Assembly: GCA_951804945.1 (NCBI GenBank)
Contig: OX638154.1
Span: 63,178,001 to 63,242,000 of the forward strand
From: Podarcis cretensis
Lineage: Eukaryota
Length of the DNA stretch: 64,000 nucleotides
Direction: 5' to 3'
Shown in pieces: positions 56,050 to 64,000 of the stretch (positions are counted from its first letter, which is position 1; each line of letters begins with the position of its first letter). A program made the position numbers and the translations under genes. The notes beneath the pieces are model-generated. The model was not told the DNA's origin. It saw nothing but the letters and a program-made list of their open reading frames with translations, and did not search any database.

Positions 56050-56935
56050 GGCGACAAAGAAGGCAGGGCCGCAAAAAAACGCCCAAGGCCAGGTCGGACT
56101 TGCTTCTCATTTGCTTCTCGTCTCATCGTCCTTTATATTCTCTCTCTCTGCGCCCCCCCTCACAACCTCCGCCCCTCTCATTATCGCCACGGTTATAACG
56201 GCTGTTCTCACAAGCGTGTCAATGACTTGCAAAAGCGAAGTGGCTTCAAGTCACGGAATTCGGATTTAAGATCCGGGTTGGTCCAAATAAAGAGTCCCGG
56301 TCAAGTAGTTTGCCGCTTTTGGGGGGTAAACTGAGAATGCGTGCATTTTCTTATGTTCTCAGGTAAAATGTTATTTTTTGGGGGGGGGGTAGCTGGGAAG
56401 CTATTCCTCTGCAGAGATGAGGAAAAGGCTTTTTCTGCTGGTGCCTAGATGCACTTATGCAGATCACAACCCAAGCCCTGACTTCGACATTGGGTTTTGG
56501 AGCTCCATCTGGCCAAGTTTAAAGACCTGTTGTTGTTGTTGTAGTCGTCGTTATTATTATCAGGGCTTCCCCCCCCCCCGAGGGAACTCACAGGAACTCA
56601 GTTCCGGCGCCTCTCAGGTGAGCGCCATTGCTATCCTAAGAGAAGAAGAAGGGAAGTGTTCCTGGTGAGCTCCTGCACCTCTTTTTCTATTAAAAAAATA
56701 GCACTAGTGATAATTAATTAATTACATTTATGTACCGCCCCTCATCACAAGATATTAGGGCACTTCACATGACCCCCCCCCCAAAAAAAGTACCATAAAA
56801 TGTTGTGACATCTTTTATTATGGTAGGAGTTGGTTCACTGGGGTTTGGTTACAGGTTTTGATCAGGCGTATTTATTTCCCGTGCATGGCAAGGAAACTGT
56901 AAAGAAGTCGTAACTAGATGTGTCTTACTCTAGGG

Positions 56936-57161
56936 CAGGCACTCCAACTCCCAATAGACTGTGATCTACTCACAGTATAAAAACACTGGCAGTGATCTAC
57001 CCATTGTCGTTGGATGGACCAAAGTTCTTGAGCTTTTTTAGGAAGCCTGAGTTGTTGAGGTTTTTTTTTTGGGGGGGGGGGAGAGAAGGAGATCACTGAG
57101 GTGCCAGAGATCTACCAGGAACACCCCGCGATCTACCATATCTACCTGTTGGACATGCCTG
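56936..57161. mobile_element. Non-autonomous hAT element
   Basis: TIRs CAGGCACTCCAAC / GTTGGACATGCCTG; perfect 8-bp TSD ctctaggg. Confidence 0.85.
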
Positions 57162-57643
57162 CTCTAGGGTTACAATTTGCTTACAATCCTTGAATCAGAT
57201 GATTCAGTATGTCATCCTCCCAAACCACGCATTACTTGTCAACTGTGCGCACTGATTTAGGGGCTGGTCTGCATGGTAGAATAAGGAATTGTCTGTGCAG
57301 TTGACAGTGTCTCGTCTGATTTAAGCCCTGTTCCCTGTCTTTCCCACCCCTGGTGACCTGTGTGTTGACTTCCTGTGTACATGAAACTCGTGTAGTCATG
57401 CATGTATAACTTGTACACTGGAGGCTGGAGGTAGGGATAGAAGGCTTGATCCACCTTAGCTGCATTGACTCTACGCAGATTTTTAACATCTCCACAGAGG
57501 ATTTTGAATGCAGTTGTGTGCTTACTTGTGTGCTTACAGTTGTGTGCTTAATTATCTGAAAATAAATCACATAGAATTATGGGGCTTACTTCTGAGTCAA
57601 CATGGATTGGTCTGTAAGGGCCTTTTGAAAGAATGTGGCTTCA

Positions 57644-57785
57644 CATGGGTGTAGCCAAGGCGGGGGACAGCTGCCCCCCAAATCAATAAAAATACATAGC
57701 AAACTGAGGTCCTGCCCCCCCCCAACAAAAGGCCTGCCACACTAACAAAAGCCTTCCCCTTAACAATATCCTGGCTACGCCCATG
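57644..57785. mobile_element. MITE
   Basis: TIRs CATGGGTGTAGCCA / TGGCTACGCCCATG. Confidence 0.7.
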
Positions 57786-60700
57786 GCTTTTTCAGAGGGA
57801 GTGTACTGCTGAGAATAATCCAAACACTGTTTGTCTTCAGGACTTCTGTAATATAGTATCACACAAATGAGTTGTGTTAGCAGGGAAAACTTCTTCCTTC
57901 AGTAAGTATTGGGAGAGTTCTTCTTAGGCAGCCAGTTTTCCACAATAATGCAAGCAAATTTTGGCAGCATTTACCCATAAAATTTAATGTATTAAAATTA
58001 GGATACAGCCTATTACCTTATTCTTCTGTTCATCACATCACCCAGTCTTCTCCTCTGTGTGCACTGAGGGCTAATTAGCGTATTGCTCCTGGTCATTGAT
58101 TTTGACTTTGGAGTCTAGGAAATGGTCATTCAGAGTGAATATTTTTGCAGTATACTTCAATCCCAAGTATTTTAATTGAACTTATTTACAAATATACCGG
58201 TAAGCATTTATGGAATGTTTACTCTGTTTGGAAGTAGGCACTTAGTAAGCAGTGTTTGAGAAAAGGACATAGTATGTGGAAGGTGTTGTTCAGTATTCCT
58301 CTGTGTAAAAAAAATTGCCTGATTCTGTAATGCCACAAGTGTGGACAGGTGTGGGGACTGGCAAAGTCTTCCTTTGTTGGAACTGGACGTGCTGCATCTA
58401 GTACATTCAGGTCCCAGGAAGAATATCATTTGGACATGCTCTAACTCCCAAGTACATTCAATTTAAATTGAGGCTGGCTTCTGGAAGTGTATGGTGTGTT
58501 CCAGTCTGGCTGCATTGGCACAGAAGTACAATTGGAAAGAGCAGTTATTTTAAATAAATAATGAGGGGAACTGTAGGTGTGAGATTTTAATGCCATCTAT
58601 TCTATGTTGAAATAACAGAAATTAGAATTTGAAAATTCAGTCATATTGTCTACAGCCACCAACAGTAGATGCTACAAAATTGTTCCCTAGTCTATATTTC
58701 TGTAGTGCACTATCAGTGAAGTTTATATTTTAATAACCTTAGCAAGAGAGCTTCCCTCTACTAAATAACTCTTGCATGCTGTACGTTGAGTAACATATTG
58801 GAAACATCTCTGTGCTGCACAGCTGCCCAAATAAGAAATGGCTAAGTAATGAGAGAACTGAGGAGCATAAACAAGTGTTCATATTTGATAAAACTGGTTA
58901 CTGGAAAATTAACATTTATTCTCTTTTCCCTCATTGGCTAGAACTCGCTTTCCTTTGTGTGTGCTAACACTGGTGCTTAATTATTATAGTGACACCCGTT
59001 TGCAGTAACTGGACTGTGTCCCTGTTGGGTCCTTCTTATGCCACTGTAATATGAAACTGTCAGGCAAGGCGGTCTGTGCATTATAAATAGGGTACTTCAT
59101 TCATGATAAGCGATTATTATCTTTCTTTCCCAAGTGTAAAAGGCCTATATAACTCAAGAAGGTGCGAGTGATTTAGGCCTCCTGAGTAAGGCTCCAATGA
59201 GTCCTGAAGGGGACCCTACCTATGTTGTTGTCTTGTTATTGAACTTGAAATATTCAATTTATTATAGTGGAATATATTTTCAGAAGTCAGCACTGGATAA
59301 AATAATGTTGCAGGCTGTTAGACCAACAGTAGCACACGATTTAATGCCCCTCTGTGATGGCCTTCTAAAAACCCTCATCACCTTTGTTATAGAATAAAAT
59401 TACTATTGACATTTACTAACCATACGTGAGGAAAGGCTGTGCAGAATTATATCAATTATTTAAAAAGAAAATGCATTTATGTGGTCCTTTTATTCTATAC
59501 AATTTTCTTCTGTTGCGCTATTAGGTTCTTCATCCAGGCAGCTACTGCATGTGATGGGCTGCCCAGTTCACAAACCCATTAAGTTAGAACACTTGCATTT
59601 AAATCCACTTGGCCCTTTTGAAATAAACTGCCCCAAAGACAATCAGACTGCCACCCTCATGCCTATAACCCATTTATTTGGAAGAAAGTAATATTATTAA
59701 TTTCAGTGGACATTACTTTCATATAAGCATGCATAAAATTGCAGCCTAATCACTCAGTCAGCTGTACATAGAATCAGGTGCTACATTTCCCCTGTTTCTG
59801 AAATCACAACTTTTCTAATCTAAATAATCCCCCCACAAAGATGCTATCAGTCTCATGGAGGAAATAAAACAGGTACCTGAACTAGATGGCCCATCGGCCT
59901 GACTCAGTGTGTGGCAGCATCATATATTTTATTTTGTTGCTCCATTTTGGTGAGCCTCCTATCTCACCTGAATGCTGATTAACCTACCCTTTGCCTGTTT
60001 GTTCTAGATTTCTTCTCGTCTACCTAAACACACTTACTGTGTTCCAGTCTGATTGTCCTTCTTTATTCAGGTGAATTCCTGATTTTACACAGCCGACCTG
60101 GAGAAGAGTCCTGTTAGAATCTTGAATGTAAAGGTTAATGAAGTAGTTTCTACCCATTCCCTCTCAAGATGTTCACACTTCTGCTGTTGCACACCTTAAT
60201 ATTTAAACCTTGGATTTTCAGATCATGCTTAGGAGAATCCTTGAGCTTCCTTTGAGGTTAATCTGGTTTCCTTGGTGAAAAAAATGGCAGTGGTGAACAA
60301 ACTTCCTAGAATAGATCTTTCCCTGCAACAAAGAGCCACAGGGAAGTGTTGAATGTGTTTAGGGTACAGGGCATGGGGCAATGGTAAGGTAAACTAGTGC
60401 ATTGTGTTAGCTGAGCTTATTCTAGAACATGCCCCAGAATCACTTGGAATGCAGGGAGCTTCATGGCGGATGTTCAGGGCTTGTTTGACAGATGAGTTGC
60501 TGTGGAAATGGTACCTTGAAGGTCAAAAGTTTGGAAACCACTACCTTATAAACCACCAATTTTAGATCAGCTTAAGGTGGAAATGTTGCCTTTGCTAGGG
60601 ACAGAAATTCTCATACATTTCATCAAAGCCAGGATTTGTGTTTAATCAAATCCATTTCAATAGAATGAGAAGCCTATTCACATGGCAATCCAGCACATGT

Positions 60701-61693
60701 TGGCTGCTCGCCCGTGGGCAGCTGGTCAAGTGCACCTGCCAGCCACATGCAGGATTCATCTTTCAACGCACATTGGTAGATACTGGGGAAATGGCATTTT
60801 CAGTGGTATGCCAAAAGCTGATTCTGGTGTGAGGCAGCAGATGCACACAACTCAGGAAGCTTGCAAGTACAAGAATTTTGTGTGTTTTTCCTGCACCTAC
60901 TATGCACTCATGCCAGGCATGAGATGGATTTTAAAAAGATAAGGTAAAAAATACTTTGTTGCAGAGCAAGTCTTAGTCATTATGGGATGTCCTGCCATAA
61001 TAATCCCACCTTCATGCCTCATTCTCCACTGCATCTATATTGTGTTACAGTGTAATGTGTAAACTTTTATGTAATAATGAGAATTTCCCAGCTGTTTCAG
61101 AGGAACTCCAGGTTTCCAAAATAGCTTCTCCCCAGGACCTCCTTTAGCCACCACCACTCCAGCAAGAGAGCTGGGTAGAGAACCTCCATTTCTCTGGAGA
61201 GTTCTAAGAGTTGGGAGCCAATGATACTTTTTGCAAAATTTTCAGCCGCTTTAGCGGCTGCAGAAAACCTCGGGGACTGGGGAAAGGGGGCTTTGAAAAA
61301 CAACTCCACTCCACAGACCACCCTTCGTTGCCACAGCTTTTGATAGAAACAGAACAAGGAGCCATACGATATCATTTCGTAGATTAGACAGTGTGTGGTA
61401 TGCTGGGTCTGTCATTGTGAGGGCAATATGAGACACCTGCAAATCTGATTTTATTATTGTGAATGGCTTTGAAAATGATGGCTATCAAAGGTATATAAAT
61501 ATTCTAAAAAGAAATGCAAACATATACGTCAAAGCATATTTGCAGACTATTCCCATTTTTGCAGAAGCAGAAGCTCACAGCAAAGTCCAGTAAACACTCC
61601 CTCCCACCTGAGAGGGATGGACAGATGGTGATGTGATACTGAAATATGCAAATAAAAGAAATAGGCTCTAGATATGTTTGCATTATTCACAGG

Positions 61694-61880
61694 ATGGCTG
61701 GCAGTCAGGAGAGCAATGCATCCCTCTTCAGTGATCAGACCCCTGCCCAGGAAAGTTCTCAAGCAAAAAGATCCCAGAATTATGAAGAGGAGACATTTTA
61801 TAAGAACTGCAGAGCTGCCTATTTAGCTGTCTTCAAAAGCAGCTTAGAAAACATTAAATCAAAAGAACAACTCTGTTTGG
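61694..61880 (+). CDS. EFCAB7: EF-hand calcium-binding domain protein 7, first coding exon (MAGSQESNASL...EEETFYKNCRAAYLAVFKSSLENIKSKEQLCL); gene continues beyond the window
   Basis: attcacag|G ATG; FY.NCRAAYL.VFKSSLENI.SK.QL motif; gtgagt donor at 61881; synteny with ITGB3BP. Confidence 0.95.
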
Positions 61881-62539
61881 GTGAGTGTATTTTTTAAAGT
61901 TGTGATCAGTTTAGGAGAAATCTTGAATTCCAGCAGTCGATAATATATTTGAGTGCTAAGAAACCTTGATACGATTCATGTGCCATATTTCTCTATAATC
62001 AAAGCACTGTTGGGTGGACACTCACTGAAGTGCTTCAGGGAGAACCCCAGATGTCCTACCCTTGCTGCACACTAGGGAGACACACGCTAGGGAGGCCCAA
62101 GGAAAGAAAATCAGGCCAAGCATCTTACTGTGATGAAAATAGTATCTGTACCTAACTCTCTTCTCCCTATGAGAGGTGAGGAGAAGTAAGTTTATTTCCA
62201 CTGAGTGATAAAAATAATAGCCACTTTGCATACTGTTTTTGATGGATACACAGAAAGGACACAACCCTACTCATTCTGCATGCATAGATTAATATCTATG
62301 CTGTATAAATCAGTATAATTTTATTGTTCATGGGAAAAGTTGCAAATTAATTTTAAACCAAGACATCAGTTTCTTTTTTTAAAAAAAAAAAATCATTCCA
62401 ACATGATCTAGAATAATAGAATTGTAGAGTTGGAAGGGTTCATGGGGGTCGTCTTGTCCAACTCACTGCAATGCAGAAATCTTTTGCTCAGTGTGGGGCT
62501 TGGAAGGTTTTCAAATTTCTCCAGAAAGTTAATAATCAT

Positions 62540-63408
62540 AGAGACAGGCACACCTTACTAGGCAGGGCATTCCACAACTGAGGGATCACCAATGAAAAGT
62601 CCCTGCAACAGCTCAGTGCCAACCAGGTAGTTCCCAGTGGTGGCACCAACAGCGAGGCCTTGCTTGCCAATCATAGTCTGATATGGTTGGTATTGGGGAA
62701 GATGCTCTTTTCAGTACTTGGGCCTGAAGCCATTTAGCGCTTTATATGGTAGTCCTAATGCCTTGAATTGAGCCCAGTAACTCCCTGGTAGTCAGTGCAG
62801 TCCTTTCAGGACTGGGGTCCCATTGGACTGTCCCATTTATCTACCTAGCTGCCACATTCTGTACTAGATGCAGCTTCTGGACCATCTTCAAGGACAGCCA
62901 CACATAGAGCACATTACAGTGGTCCCAGCAGGAGGTCACTATAGCATGGACAACTGAGACCAAGCTGTCCCAGTCCAGGAGCAGCTGTAGCTGATGAACC
63001 AGCCTAATCTGGGCATAAGCACTCCTAGATGCAGAAGCTATTTGAGACTCCATTAACAAGTTGGAATCCAGTGATAAGTTGGAATACTCCTAAACTGCAA
63101 ACCTCATATTCAAGGGTAGCAAAACGCTGCTCAGAACAGGATGTACACTTAATGACCAGACATGGGAACTACCCATCTACAGCACTTCTATCTTATGAGG
63201 ATTCAACCTCAGTTTTTTGGCCCCCATCCAGTTCATCACTACCTCCAGATACGCGTCCAACACTTTTGCAGCCTTTCCTGATTCCAATGGAATGAAGAAA
63301 TAAAGTCACATGTCATCAGCATACTTACGACACCATGTTCCAAATCCCCAGATGACAGCTCCCAATGGTTTCATATAGAAACTAAATGACATAGGAGACA
63401 GAATGGAC
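62540..63408 (-). mobile_element. Degenerate L2 LINE ORF2 (RT core to C-terminus)
   Basis: Minus strand SILSP..F..YMKPLG, YADD (about 63312..63323), and ORF 62841..63059 VHAIVTSCWDHCNVLY...LHLVQNVAAR. Confidence 0.85.
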
Positions 63409-64000
63409 AGTAAAGACATGGTTGTGTACACAAATTCACCTGTGGAACAGATTATTGGTGGTGCATTGGAATGTTACATAGACGGTAGCATAAGTTTAGA
63501 AGAGAACAAAAGTATAAAAAAATTGATAAACACTGCATCCTGTTGTAATGTCCTTTCTTTGCAGTTGATGCTATTAATTAGTTATATATTGGCATCAATA
63601 TACATCAAAGGATCATTGTACTTTACATCCCACCTTCTACATTTTTACAGAATACTCTGATGATTTCAGAGGCAAAGTTCTTATACATTAGCCTTATATG
63701 GCGTGACTCTAATATCAGGCTAGTAGAATCAGTTTGTAAATCTCTGTTAGCATCAGATAATCTGGATTTTAAATATGAATGGTGTGAACAAATGCTCACT
63801 TGCTCTTTTCTATGCTATTTCTTTCATCTCTGTCCATATGTCACTTGGGAAGAGGGCATGTGTTAGGCCATGTGCACTTCAAGGTCAGTTTAGGAAAGAC
63901 AACGGAGAGTTCAAGCTTTCCATATTCTTAACGAGATGTCTGGATCTTTAGAAAAAACAAACAAACATATTTTAGCCCATTACAGATTTGTGTCGAGGCT

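Larger units (their letters stand above)
55790..56320. promoter_or_regulatory. CpG island / bidirectional promoter of ITGB3BP (-) and EFCAB7 (+)
   Basis: Sharp rise in GC and CpG density; GC boxes (CCCGCCC); contains the ITGB3BP start codon; head-to-head gene arrangement. Confidence 0.85.

Noticed and set aside
55794-56334. Arg/Pro-rich ORFs
   Set aside because: Expected from stop-poor CpG-island sequence.

Overview
Vertebrate genomic DNA, almost certainly a squamate (lacertid-like lizard, judged from Sauria SINEs, BovB/RTE, L2, CR1 and Squam-type SINEs). It carries the conserved ALG6 - ITGB3BP (CENP-R) - EFCAB7 block. (1) ALG6 (+): the last 13 coding exons lie at 253..20650 and end in the ER-retrieval motif KKTN*; the first coding exon is left of the window. 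(2) ITGB3BP/CENP-R (-): a complete 8-exon CDS at 55864..29629, 540 nt, 179 aa. (3) EFCAB7 (+): the first coding exon at 61694..61880, sharing a CpG-island bidirectional promoter with ITGB3BP at about 55790..56300. Exons were reconstructed by hand from translation and splice signals; most entries in the supplied ORF track are spurious. The most unusual signal is a minor-spliceosome (U12) intron in ALG6 (11024..12037) with non-canonical GT-AT ends and no usable AG. Other points of interest are an RFX X-box plus E2F site in the shared promoter, loss of the mammalian NRIF3 motifs in CENP-R, an internally deleted BovB derivative and nested transposon clusters. I found no evidence for a wholly new multi-gene system. 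Three N gaps lie at 30861..30997, 31788..32119 and 32140..32311. Comparisons with human or chicken sequences are from memory, not from a search.
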